DNA from: a virus
Taxonomy: Duplodnaviria > Caudoviricetes
Direction: 5' to 3' (one strand)
IMG/VR virus record: IMGVR_UViG_3300028888_000101
Location: 1-64,000 of that record
Length of the DNA: 64,000 nucleotides
The position numbers were made by a program, and so were the translations under genes. The notes beneath the pieces are model-generated. The model was given only the letters and a program-made list of their open reading frames with translations, was not told the DNA's origin and searched no databases. This document shows, in pieces, positions 25,236 through 34,898 of this stretch. Positions within the stretch are counted from its first letter, which is position 1. The number at the start of each line of letters is the position of its first letter.

Positions 25236-26486
25236 TTAAAAATTTTTAATGAAAGTATAATTTTTATTAAAATATTCTTTCATGTAAAAATAATCACCGC
25301 CTTTATTAAAAGATTTAGATAATATTAATTTAATGTCATTGTTAGATTCTATAACGTTTAATTTTAATTCCCATAATCTTAATCGTTTACGATTATCGTT
25401 AACATCATTTTTATTGTATATGAATTTTGGATTGCCTTCAGAATCAAAAAATTGATTTCCTTTTATCTCAATATATTCATTATCTACCTTAAAATCCACG
25501 ATGAATATGTGTTCCTCTCCATCGTCATCTTTATACGGTAAAGGATATTCTACTTGATATTCAAAAGTATAATCGTGGTCTTTTAGATAAATGTAAAAAT
25601 AAGCTTCTTCTTTGGATGCAAAACTTATATTTGACAATCCGTGTACTTCCCATTTTTTATGAGATTTCCTTAAAATGTCGTTGGATTGTAACGCATGTTC
25701 TACACCATAATGTTCAAACAATGTTCTTTTTACCTTTTCTTGTATTTCCTTCGATTGCGTTGGTTTTTTCACTCCGTATTTTTTCATACACGTTTGCTCA
25801 GATTTATTTTTCATATCTTGCGTTTGAGTGTAATATTCCACTCCATATTTTTCTAGACATGTGCGTATTCCTTTTTCTTTAATTTCATCTACCTGTTTGA
25901 CATTGGATTTACCATATTTTTTCAAACATGTTTGTTTACATTTCTCTCTGTTATTATAACCAGAAACGCCATATCGTTCTGTTTTAGTCCGTTTAGCGTT
26001 CTCTATCATTTGTTTGGATTGTGCTGAATATTCGACACCATATTTTTCTAAACATGTCTTTTTTGTTTTTTCTTTAACTCCGGGAATATTAGCAATTACA
26101 GATGTTCCGTATTTATCGACCAAAACGTTATTTATTTTTTCTCTGATTTTTTTATCTTTTAGAACACTTTCGACACCGTATTTTTTCATACAAGTATGTC
26201 TAATCTTATTTACAACCTCAGGCGAAGACATAGGCGAATTACCACCATAACGTTCTATACAAGTTTCTAAACGATGTTCTTCTTTTATTTGACGTTTAAT
26301 ATTTTTTATATCAGGTTGATTATAAAATTCTTTAAGTTTAAGATAATCTAATTTAGTACAATAATTAGTTCTCCGTACTTTAATGATTTTAATTCCTAGA
26401 TATTTAGTCCATGTAGAAAAACTCCATCTACCCATTTGCAGCTCATCTTTAATTAAAGATGTAGGTATCAATTCATCATCATTCAT
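25236..26486 (-). CDS. free-standing homing-endonuclease-like protein with KYG repeats and a C-terminal PD-(D/E)xK-like domain
   Basis: About 9 T(C)xxKYGV repeats; EYQV...FIVDF...YIEIKG; GAGGAG RBS before 26486. Confidence 0.7.
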   Translation of the reverse strand: MNDDELIPTSLIKDELQMGRWSFSTWTKYLGIKIIKVRRTNYCTKLDYLKLKEFYNQPDIKNIKRQIKEEHRLETCIERYGGNSPMSSPEVVNKIRHTCMKKYGVESVLKDKKIREKINNVLVDKYGTSVIANIPGVKEKTKKTCLEKYGVEYSAQSKQMIENAKRTKTERYGVSGYNNREKCKQTCLKKYGKSNVKQVDEIKEKGIRTCLEKYGVEYYTQTQDMKNKSEQTCMKKYGVKKPTQSKEIQEKVKRTLFEHYGVEHALQSNDILRKSHKKWEVHGLSNISFASKEEAYFYIYLKDHDYTFEYQVEYPLPYKDDDGEEHIFIVDFKVDNEYIEIKGNQFFDSEGNPKFIYNKNDVNDNRKRLRLWELKLNVIESNNDIKLILSKSFNKGGDYFYMKEYFNKNYTFIKNF

Positions 26487-26588
26487 ATAACAACTCCTCA
26501 ATTCAATCTAAGTTATATCATACTATATTAACAGTAGTGTTTCAATCAATTACTGATATTTTTTATAAGAAAAGAAAATCTATTATTA

Positions 26589-27407
26589 ATGTTAGAGAGA
26601 ATTAAATATTTAGATATGAATAACATTAAAGAATTGAATCCGATATATTCATTTACTCTTAAAGAGCTTCGTGATGCTGAGGACATGGACTTTATTCACA
26701 GAAGAGAACATCTCGCAGAACTTGAAGAACCTGAGCTGGAATATTGCTATGCGAATACTCTTGTGTTTACAATCAAATCTTCTCAGTACGGTAAGAAAGA
26801 TAAAAAGACTGGCGGCACTAATGTAACTAAGTATAAAGTGTTTGTTTTGTTTGAAGATTTTTATACTATCGGAAAAGATAAAGACATTGATTTTGAAGAT
26901 GCTGTAGATTATGCGATTAATTACGCAGATGTTCATACTCGCTGTACATGCCCCAGCCAGCTGTATTGGGGATTTAGCTATGAGGGCACACAGCTTGGAT
27001 ATCTTTATGGTGTTCCGAGAGAAAACAGATTTCCAAAAATACGCAATCCTAATTTAAGAAGTACCAGCTGTAAACATACAGATAAAGTCATTGAATGGAT
27101 TCTGAGACATAAAGATATAGTTACTAAATTGTTTGCCACATATTACAATCGTCTTGATGATGGACAATCTATATATGCTGTAAATACTAAAGGTACTACA
27201 ATTACAATCGGAAAGAAAAATGAAGATGGTGACGTATTCTTTGAACAACAAGTGGAGGAAGAAAATATGAGTGAGGACCAGACACCTGAAGAACAGACTG
27301 AAGAAACTGTTACAGAAGAAACATCTGAAGATGTTGATAATCTCGACCCAGATACATGGTGGGAAGATGAAGATAATGTCACAGACATTGAACAGGAGAA
27401 TGAATAA
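26589..27407 (+). CDS. SWIM-type zinc-finger protein with acidic tail
   Basis: RCTCPSQLYWG...NP...SCKH (CxC...CxH). Confidence 0.7.
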   Translation: MLERIKYLDMNNIKELNPIYSFTLKELRDAEDMDFIHRREHLAELEEPELEYCYANTLVFTIKSSQYGKKDKKTGGTNVTKYKVFVLFEDFYTIGKDKDIDFEDAVDYAINYADVHTRCTCPSQLYWGFSYEGTQLGYLYGVPRENRFPKIRNPNLRSTSCKHTDKVIEWILRHKDIVTKLFATYYNRLDDGQSIYAVNTKGTTITIGKKNEDGDVFFEQQVEEENMSEDQTPEEQTEETVTEETSEDVDNLDPDTWWEDEDNVTDIEQENE

Positions 27408-28207
27408 TGACTATCGATAATATTTCAACTGTTGTAGAAGAATTCACAAAAAGACTTCAGCTGCCTGAAAGTCTTTACAAGTTCACAATGACTACAACGA
27501 ATGAGAATGTGGAACTCATAATCTCGATTGAAAATACTGTAAAATGTGCAATGAATATTACTAACGGTAACATTAAAGTTCTTTATGCAGATAATTATCT
27601 GTCTGAGAATTATCTTGCGTTGGAATTCATGACACCGATAACTTTACTGTATCAACTTTGTATTATGTTCTATGCGTGTGTCAAAGATGTTGCTCAGATA
27701 GATTTTAATAAAATGCTCAGTATTATCTTCCTTGAAGATGTTTATGACTGGAAGACATTGATATATGCGATAGCTGAGAATGTTGGTCTTGAGACGGAAT
27801 TAAAAGACGATTATGTTGTAATAGATGATGTAGAAATACATTACAGCGGATATCTGAATAAAATCCAGATTGATAATACTGAAATCACATTACGAGGAAA
27901 TGATTACACAGATATCGTTGAAGCTATGTTCAAATGTGTAGAATATATCGCAAATGTCATGGATGTTGCAGATAATCTGTTTATGCCTGAGGAAACCGGT
28001 GAGGGTGAATTTGCGGAAGAAGATAATGTTGCAGAAGCTGGTGGAATGCCTATGAACGGTGAAGATATGGATATTGATGTTGATATGGACATGGGTGATG
28101 AAGAGGCTGCAGAAGAAGGTGGTGCTCCTGAACCTGTGGAGCCTATGGAAAATGAGGACTTCACAGAACCTCAGGGTCCGGTAGTAACAATGGATGATTT
28201 ACTATAA
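27407..28207 (+). CDS. hypothetical protein with acidic tail
   Basis: TAATG overlap. Confidence 0.75.
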   Translation: MTIDNISTVVEEFTKRLQLPESLYKFTMTTTNENVELIISIENTVKCAMNITNGNIKVLYADNYLSENYLALEFMTPITLLYQLCIMFYACVKDVAQIDFNKMLSIIFLEDVYDWKTLIYAIAENVGLETELKDDYVVIDDVEIHYSGYLNKIQIDNTEITLRGNDYTDIVEAMFKCVEYIANVMDVADNLFMPEETGEGEFAEEDNVAEAGGMPMNGEDMDIDVDMDMGDEEAAEEGGAPEPVEPMENEDFTEPQGPVVTMDDLL

Positions 28208-28275
28208 ATTATTCTTTACAAGGTAATATTTATTTGATATTATAGTTACATAAACTAAATACATAGGAGATATTT

Positions 28276-28959
28276 ATGGAAGACGAAAAGATTAACGCAC
28301 TCGTACAGTGGCTCAACGAAAACGGTAATGAAGTTTCTGTCGATGATGTAATTGATGAAGGTTGGAATCGTTACAGTGTAAATGGTGACGATTACTTGGT
28401 TTGTACTGATGAAGAAGCTGATGAAGAATTTAAAAGTTCTGAAGAATCTCTTATCGATGATTTGGGAATAGATTCTTTCTCAGACTGGTTTCAGACATGG
28501 ATTCTTGATAACGCAATCAATACTTCATGGTTCGAAAGTGCTCTTGAAGAAGAGGCTGATTATCTTGCAAGTGAATATTCAAACGAAAGTAGCAGCACTT
28601 ATGAAAATCGTCTTGTCGAAGAATGCTATGACCATGACCTTATCACAGATGATGATTTTGAAACAGGCGAAGACGGAAATCCAGATTATGAAAGATGTAC
28701 TGTAGAAGAATGGGATTTGCAGGATAGATTCAAGACATGGTATGTTGACCACCAGGAAGATGCTGTTGAATGGTATAAGATGAACTTCGGAAATGAATCT
28801 TTTAGAGATGTCGTAAAAGAACACAATCTTCTTGATGTTGATGCAATCATTGAAGAAGTTAAACGTAATGACGGTCGTGGTGGTGCTCTTGCAGCTTATG
28901 ACGGTGTTGAAAACGAAGTAGACTATAATGGTGAATGGTATTACATTTATCGATGCTAG
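28276..28959 (+). CDS. highly acidic early protein, putative DNA mimic
   Basis: About 28-29% D+E by manual count; own sigma70 promoter and terminator; DGRG..LA.YDG.E..YYIYR C-terminus. Confidence 0.6.
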   Translation: MEDEKINALVQWLNENGNEVSVDDVIDEGWNRYSVNGDDYLVCTDEEADEEFKSSEESLIDDLGIDSFSDWFQTWILDNAINTSWFESALEEEADYLASEYSNESSSTYENRLVEECYDHDLITDDDFETGEDGNPDYERCTVEEWDLQDRFKTWYVDHQEDAVEWYKMNFGNESFRDVVKEHNLLDVDAIIEEVKRNDGRGGALAAYDGVENEVDYNGEWYYIYRC

Positions 28960-28982
28960 TTCGTAATAACATATTTCTATAG

Positions 28983-29012
28983 AGGCACACTCTTAAACGG
29001 GTGTGTCTTTTT
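28983..29012 (+). terminator. intrinsic terminator
   Basis: GGCACACTC/GGGTGTGTC plus T5. Confidence 0.7.
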
Positions 29013-29025
29013 TATATATTTTTAT

Positions 29026-29505
29026 ATGAGCGTAGAAAATTTTCTTGCATACGAACAGTATATCTCATACATGGACAAGCAGTTGTCAATTTGGGGTCAG
29101 CCCATGACAGTCTACAATCCTGAAAGACAGAATGCACTTGGCTATGAAGATACAGGATATAACGAGATTGAAAGAATGAATAGTGATAAGGTTCTCGGTA
29201 ACCAGTACCATAAATATCAAAGCCGTATTTGGATAAACTTCACTATTCCAAAATCGGTTTTCTATAAGCACAATTGGTTTCCTGAAGAAGGTGAAGAACT
29301 CTGTATGGCTGTAATAAAGTCAGATGTTCCTGTAAAAGAAAATGATTATATCAGAACAGCAATCCCTGAGGCTACAAGTATTTGGGGTGATATGATTTTC
29401 CAGGTAAGGAAGATTATAGACACAGGGTTAGCCAATGTACTGCAGCGTCAGTATTTCTTAAAACCAACTAGCAATAAAGATTTACATTTTGAACTTGATT
29501 TCTAA
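29026..29505 (+). CDS. head-closure/neck protein (gp14-like), putative
   Basis: WGQPM.VY.P; PVKENDYI...IFQV.KI beta pattern. Confidence 0.45.
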   Translation: MSVENFLAYEQYISYMDKQLSIWGQPMTVYNPERQNALGYEDTGYNEIERMNSDKVLGNQYHKYQSRIWINFTIPKSVFYKHNWFPEEGEELCMAVIKSDVPVKENDYIRTAIPEATSIWGDMIFQVRKIIDTGLANVLQRQYFLKPTSNKDLHFELDF

Positions 29506-29757
29506 GTGAGGTATTTTATGAAGAAGTTTATCGCTATTATTGTTATTATATTCTCTTGTTTCTTTCTTACAGGATATTCTTACTCGATGAAGTGTCCTAA
29601 ATGCATTGAAGAGTCAAAGACCAACAAACAGGTTATGAACAGTATTGGAGTTGCTTGGCGTGACTTTGGAACTCCGATTATCCATAAAGACGGTAAGGCT
29701 TACGCTACTTACCGTTGTTGCTATGGACATTCTTTTCTTGTAGATTTATCAGAATAA
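29506..29757 (+). CDS. exported Cys-rich small protein
   Basis: Signal peptide MKKFIAII...; CPKC...RCCYGH. Confidence 0.6.
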   Translation: MRYFMKKFIAIIVIIFSCFFLTGYSYSMKCPKCIEESKTNKQVMNSIGVAWRDFGTPIIHKDGKAYATYRCCYGHSFLVDLSE

Positions 29758-30018
29758 TGACGGATGCTCTTTCTTGTATTTATCAACAATGTCAAGACAA
29801 TCTTCAAGAACAGACAGGCCTATTGGATTAACTGTCATATTAAATAGTTCAAGAACTCTGCTAACTACATCTTTATACTTCAAGGAATATTCATAATTCG
29901 GATTCTTATCATGTACACCTTGTAAATAACCTTCTTGATAAAACTTTTGTAAAAGGGCTACCTTTTCCTTATCATTAAAATCAATATTTTCTGCAGCCAA
30001 TAGTTTCATCAAACTCAT
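29749..30018 (-). CDS. hypothetical protein
   Basis: End of the minus-strand block. Confidence 0.65.
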   Translation of the reverse strand: MSLMKLLAAENIDFNDKEKVALLQKFYQEGYLQGVHDKNPNYEYSLKYKDVVSRVLELFNMTVNPIGLSVLEDCLDIVDKYKKEHPSLF

Positions 30019-30207
30019 TTATTTAATCTCCTTCTTTACAATCTTTGGAATAAAATTATTACACCCAGCACAATAACATTCTTCTTGTACGTTACATCTA
30101 TGCAGATAAACATTATGCTCAGGAATCGCATAAATATATCCGTGCATACAATCAAAGAATCTGTCATTGTTGTTACAGTCTATTGTCAGATATTCTTCAG
30201 GTTTCAT
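30019..30207 (-). CDS. Cys-rich microprotein
   Basis: AGGAGAG RBS. Confidence 0.65.
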   Translation of the reverse strand: MKPEEYLTIDCNNNDRFFDCMHGYIYAIPEHNVYLHRCNVQEECYCAGCNNFIPKIVKKEIK

Positions 30208-30216
30208 ACGCTCTCC

Positions 30217-30408
30217 TTAAAGATGTTGTGCAAGTAAATAAATACGATTACCTCTGATTGCAAGTCCAACATCACAACCAAACTTTTCATATTTAACTTC
30301 TTCATTGTTCACATCTGATAAATCAGCAATAGGAACAAACACTGTATTTTTTGGATTTTCTCTTTGTAACATTCTGATTAAATCTTCAACTGTAATTGGT
30401 TCGTGCAT
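30217..30408 (-). CDS. hypothetical protein
   Basis: ITVEDLIRMLQ..NP motif; RBS. Confidence 0.65.
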   Translation of the reverse strand: MHEPITVEDLIRMLQRENPKNTVFVPIADLSDVNNEEVKYEKFGCDVGLAIRGNRIYLLAQHL

Positions 30409-30786
30409 TTATTTATCCTCCTTTGGAAGTTCTGGAAGCTTTTCTAAATATCTCCAAGCATAAATCTTTCCAAAAATATCTACCCTTTTCCAACCAACAG
30501 GTTCTTTAGAATCCCAAAATATGAAATCAGTTCCGTTAAAACAACAATCCATTTTACAAGGATTGTCATAAGCATTAAGATAGGCAACGGTAACATTTAT
30601 ATTACCAAACTTTACATCTGGTAAATCCCCATCTTTTACATAGTGCCATTCGTTAGCCTTGTTATAACCAAACTTTGCACCTTTAATGAAAATATCTGTA
30701 ACTTCCTTTTTCCTTTCTTCTTCTCCAATATTCAATGTAACAGGATAAGTTTTGTAATAATATTCTTCTGCTTCTTTCTCAAACAT
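30409..30786 (-). CDS. mosaic-family protein (EKEAEEY plus EWHYVKDGDLP DUF551-like module)
   Basis: AGGAG RBS; ends WRYLEKLPELP. Confidence 0.75.
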   Translation of the reverse strand: MFEKEAEEYYYKTYPVTLNIGEEERKKEVTDIFIKGAKFGYNKANEWHYVKDGDLPDVKFGNINVTVAYLNAYDNPCKMDCCFNGTDFIFWDSKEPVGWKRVDIFGKIYAWRYLEKLPELPKEDK

Positions 30787-30795
30787 AGTTACTCC

Positions 30796-30966
30796 TTAAA
30801 TTAGATTCTCCAACAACCTTTTACAGTCATCGCAAAGAATAACTGATATTATAGGTCTGTTATCAATATCAGTAACCTTTATGTAGGTAAACTTTTCTTT
30901 ATTTTTTGGTTCTTTGAAACACGATTGACAATGCCTTAATGCTATACGTTCGGTTTCTATCAACAT
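30796..30966 (-). CDS. zinc-ribbon microprotein (56 aa)
   Basis: CQSC...LCDDC; RBS. Confidence 0.6.
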   Translation of the reverse strand: MLIETERIALRHCQSCFKEPKNKEKFTYIKVTDIDNRPIISVILCDDCKRLLENLI

Positions 30967-31125
30967 ATCCTTACTCCTTCGGTTGTGAACTAAGTTTTCT
31001 AAGCTTATTTTTGTAGTACATAATTCTGAATGGACGTAAAAATATATCCCAAGACCAATGGGGTTTTCTTAGGTACTTCAAATATTTTTCACAAAGTGAT
31101 ATTTCTACCTGTTTTTCGTATTCTG

Positions 31126-31842
31126 TCATTTCTCCACCTCGCAATCTTTAAGGAATTGCTCTGCTTCCACTCTTACTCTCAAAACTTCACTGCAATTTGG
31201 TAAAAGGTTTAGAACATCTGAATTACAAGACGTTATCAACAATCTTTCAAGAAGTTCCTTTGCTTTGGTGAGTTGTTTATCTGCAATTTCTTTATTAGCC
31301 TTGTTCGTATACATCTGCATTGTAACTGCGTCTTGTGTATCTAGATTTTTCTTTTTCAATTTTGCATTTTCTTCTCGCAACTGTTTTTCAACCTTTTCAC
31401 TCATAGCCATAGCAAACTTTCTAGCGTCATTGTCTGCTTTCAGTTCTGCGTTTTCTTTCAAGACTTCTTCTGCCTTATCCATAGCACTTTTCAAATCTGG
31501 AAAACGTTTATAAACTCCTTCATACTTGATAAGTAAGCCCATTATCTGCTTTTCAAAACCTTCGTTTCTGCCTTTAAGTAAAGTATTTTCCTTTTCAAGT
31601 TCCCAATAAGGTTTCTTGTTTCTGAAAGCATCATTTATTTGTTGTCTTACGTGTTCACCAGCCTTGTCTATTGCGTCTAACTCTGCTTTCTGTCTTGCAT
31701 TTTCCTGCTCAAGTTCTGCAACATCTTTTTGAATTGCAGAAAACCACATTTTTTCAAATCGACTTAATGTGTGATACATTGGAAAACAAGCCCCACAACC
31801 TTTATATCGCAAAGCAAAATCTTCATATTCGTCTTTAGTCAT
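31126..31842 (-). CDS. mosaic-family coiled-coil protein with several ELEKEN modules
   Basis: ELEQENA, ELEKENT, LKENAELK, LREENAKLK, QLTKAKELL, EAEQFLKD. Confidence 0.8.
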   Translation of the reverse strand: MTKDEYEDFALRYKGCGACFPMYHTLSRFEKMWFSAIQKDVAELEQENARQKAELDAIDKAGEHVRQQINDAFRNKKPYWELEKENTLLKGRNEGFEKQIMGLLIKYEGVYKRFPDLKSAMDKAEEVLKENAELKADNDARKFAMAMSEKVEKQLREENAKLKKKNLDTQDAVTMQMYTNKANKEIADKQLTKAKELLERLLITSCNSDVLNLLPNCSEVLRVRVEAEQFLKDCEVEK

Positions 31843-31857
31843 TTTTCTTTTATCTCC

Positions 31858-32364
31858 TTATTCCTTATCTAAAAGACCCTTTATATGCTCACTAGAAGTA
31901 TGACACCAAATTCTTTCACCGTCTTCATATTCAGCCACAACTCCAATATCTAAAGTCGTACCAAACATCGTTGTCTTTGGAGCTGTTAAAGTTGCGTAAC
32001 CTATAATTCTCAATTTATGCTCTTTTAGATTTGAAGCCATTTCAGCTAAGTTTCCAGCACAAAGCCAAGAGTTCCACATTTCGTGGTAGCCGTCTACTTG
32101 ACCTAAATTGTGACTTAGTGCTTCCTTTATTTCTTGGATAGTATCTTTATATTTTTCTTGTAATTCTTCATTTGTTAAAGCAACGCTGAACATATAATCA
32201 GACGCATTTTTTAATGAAGTTCCCCAGCTAAGTTTTACGGTGTTATTCTTTATTGCAACAACATCTTGAGTACAATAAGAGGTTGTGTTTCCTTTTTTAT
32301 ACCCTTGTATTTCCATTCCGATTCTCAATTCCGATAATGTGATATATTTTGTTTCTCTACTCAT
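31858..32364 (-). CDS. hypothetical protein
   Basis: GGAGATAAAAGAAAAATG start at 32364. Confidence 0.75.
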   Translation of the reverse strand: MSRETKYITLSELRIGMEIQGYKKGNTTSYCTQDVVAIKNNTVKLSWGTSLKNASDYMFSVALTNEELQEKYKDTIQEIKEALSHNLGQVDGYHEMWNSWLCAGNLAEMASNLKEHKLRIIGYATLTAPKTTMFGTTLDIGVVAEYEDGERIWCHTSSEHIKGLLDKE

Positions 32365-32891
32365 TTTTCTTTTATCTCCCATTTCTCTAAGTTACAGTTA
32401 TATCCATAACCCGAACCTAAAACACAGAAACATTCATTGTCATTATAATTTTTGCAATTTGCACAATTTCTCATTTTCTCAATCTGTGCTTCAAGGTCGG
32501 CAATTCTTCTTGAATCTCTACATTGTCCGTAGGCTTCAAAGTGTTCAACTATTTTACCTTCTTTAGCCTGTTTGAGTTCTGCGTTTTCCTTACTCAGCTT
32601 AGCCATTTGTTCTACAACTTTTCTTCTTCCGTTCCTTAGTCCGTTTTCATAACAGCCAGCACCATAGTCTTTCATAGATTCTCGTAAGGCTTTCAGTTCG
32701 TCTGTAAGTTCTCCGTTCTGTTTCTGCAAGGCTCGTATCTGTTCTGCGTCTATCTGTATCTGCTTTTCTCTTGGCTCTGCACCTGCAAGATAACCATTCA
32801 TATAAATCAACTCATCTTCGTGAGTATGTGCAATACAAAATGCTTTCTTTGAACTTTCTTCTGCTTCTTTTTCAAGTTCTTCTTTTGTCAT
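32361..32891 (-). CDS. mosaic-family protein
   Basis: EKEAEE, GYLAGAEPREK, KENAELK, RIADLEAQIEKM, CANC modules. Confidence 0.8.
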   Translation of the reverse strand: MTKEELEKEAEESSKKAFCIAHTHEDELIYMNGYLAGAEPREKQIQIDAEQIRALQKQNGELTDELKALRESMKDYGAGCYENGLRNGRRKVVEQMAKLSKENAELKQAKEGKIVEHFEAYGQCRDSRRIADLEAQIEKMRNCANCKNYNDNECFCVLGSGYGYNCNLEKWEIKEK

Positions 32892-33158
32892 TCCTTATTT
32901 TCCTTATTCCAATAATGAATTACTAAACAAATTATTAATGCCAATACTCCACCTACTATGTAGGCTATTGCTTCTGCTTTACTCATTACCTATCTCCCCA
33001 TATTTTAGTCAAAAGTTTGAAATAAACGATAATTTCTATAATGCAAATAGGAATGTATATTTTCCAAGGCATATATTCAGGATTGATGTATCCTGTCAGA
33101 TTGCAAATTATCCATACGATACTACTAATCATAATCATCCTCTACCTTAATATTAGAA

Positions 33159-33521
33159 TTAATAGCCGTAGTGGAAAACCACAATATCTTCCCAATCATC
33201 TGTAGTAAACGATTTCAAGAGATTAATTGCCATTTCAGTTCTGCGATAATGTTCTTCAGTTTCACATTTGTAAAGAACCTTGAGAAGTTTTCTTACTGAT
33301 GTGTAGCGAAGTACCTCACCGTATTTATCGTCTGAAACAGTTTCACCATCCAAGTAAATGTATTTGTTTTCTCCAAGTTCATTTTCAAATGTTTCAGCTA
33401 TTGGAAAGAAACTGTCTGGCATTCCACAAAGATTTAATGTTGCAATAGTTTCTCCAAAAGAATCTATTGATGTGTCATAACTCCACTTCTTAACAACTAC
33501 CAATTTTGATTCGTAACCCAT
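33159..33521 (-). CDS. hypothetical early protein
   Basis: AGGAGG RBS, sigma70 promoter. Confidence 0.75.
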   Translation of the reverse strand: MGYESKLVVVKKWSYDTSIDSFGETIATLNLCGMPDSFFPIAETFENELGENKYIYLDGETVSDDKYGEVLRYTSVRKLLKVLYKCETEEHYRRTEMAINLLKSFTTDDWEDIVVFHYGY

Positions 33522-33644
33522 AATCTGCCTCCTAAAGCATTTATTTAGTATAACTATAATATACAGTAAAACATCTATGATGTAAAGGATAAATCAAAGA
33601 AAATCTCCATTAAAATTAAATATTTTACATAAAGGAGTTATTCA

Positions 33645-33791
33645 ATGGATATAGTTGAAAACGACTTCAATGTTGTACAAGATGATACTTCGTATTTGGC
33701 GGTTTCAGAAGTGAAAGAAGATGTATATGATTCTTCACTTTCTGTTATCGCAGAAGAATTTAAATACATGGAGATTTTTGAAGATGATTAG
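33645..33791 (+). CDS. small acidic protein (48 aa)
   Basis: AAGGAG RBS; overlaps the next start. Confidence 0.5.
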   Translation: MDIVENDFNVVQDDTSYLAVSEVKEDVYDSSLSVIAEEFKYMEIFEDD

Positions 33792-34806
33792 ATTAAACAA
33801 TACCCCTAACGAAGGTTCTACTGTAAAGGTAAATCTCGGATTCCGTGATAGTGCCGGACAGTATTATATTCCTGCAAAGATTACCTATACATTCCTTGCA
33901 TTAAATAACGATAAGGAAAGCTGGTCTGTAGTGGATAATCTTTATGAGGTTGCACTTACACCGGCAAGTTCAGTTACTCTTACTATTCCTGATGTAAAGA
34001 CAATTACAGGAACAACACTTTCAAGAAAGGTTATGATATATTGGGATGCTTTTGTAGATAATCAGTACAGCAGCTTTACTGATGAAATTACCTTTGATAT
34101 CGCTCCAAAGCCATACATTCCAAATCCACCTTCACCACAACCTCAGCCGCAGATATATGTTGAAATCACAGACATTCAACTTCAAATTGGAACTTTATCG
34201 ACAGCTCCTGTAAATCCTGTATTTTTGCTTAAAACAAATCTTCCTGTGAATATTACGCAGGCTGTCTGTAGAGTTATCGACAATGAACAGAATGAAATAC
34301 CATGCACTATTTCTGTTTCTACTTCAGGTGCTAATCTTACCGTTGAACCTGATGCTTTGTTGAGTTATAACAAACCGTATAAACTTGCAATAGTAGGTCT
34401 TAAATCAACAATTAATGAATATGAAATGAGAGAAAGATATGAATGTAATTTCGTAACGCAAAGCGAAAATTCACTTCATATTCCTCTTATTCAGGAGATT
34501 AAAGAAATATCAATTGTTGAAAACGGAACGTCTATCATCGAACCTGATGAAGGATATGACGGTATAAAACAGACTATTGTAAGAACAGAAGTTCCTGAAA
34601 ATCCAATACTTCTTTTTGCTTATCAGGGAACATCAATGTTTTATTTTACAAAAGAAATTACTATTACAGGAGTATATAAGATGTTTGTTCATTCACTTGA
34701 ATCTTCACTTATAGATGTTACTGTAGAAAATGATAACATTAGTTTTGAATATAACGGTAATACCGAACACGTAATCAGAAATAGTGGTATGGATATTATG
34801 AAATAG
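33784..34806 (+). CDS. structural protein with Ig-like (Big_5-type) domain
   Basis: PVNP.F..KTN.PV...LTVEP...L.YN..Y.L.I.GLKS; Pro-rich linker; start at 33784 via GGAG. Confidence 0.6.
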   Translation: MIRLNNTPNEGSTVKVNLGFRDSAGQYYIPAKITYTFLALNNDKESWSVVDNLYEVALTPASSVTLTIPDVKTITGTTLSRKVMIYWDAFVDNQYSSFTDEITFDIAPKPYIPNPPSPQPQPQIYVEITDIQLQIGTLSTAPVNPVFLLKTNLPVNITQAVCRVIDNEQNEIPCTISVSTSGANLTVEPDALLSYNKPYKLAIVGLKSTINEYEMRERYECNFVTQSENSLHIPLIQEIKEISIVENGTSIIEPDEGYDGIKQTIVRTEVPENPILLFAYQGTSMFYFTKEITITGVYKMFVHSLESSLIDVTVENDNISFEYNGNTEHVIRNSGMDIMK

Positions 34807-34848
34807 AATTTATATATTTAGTATTAACTATTTCCAACAGAGATGTTG

Positions 34849-34898
34849 AAGACTTCCCCTGAGTGTTGCCGCACGTTGAAAGGGAAGTCTTTTTTTTT
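34849..34898 (+). terminator. intrinsic terminator
   Basis: AAGACTTCCC/GGGAAGTCTT plus T run. Confidence 0.75.
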
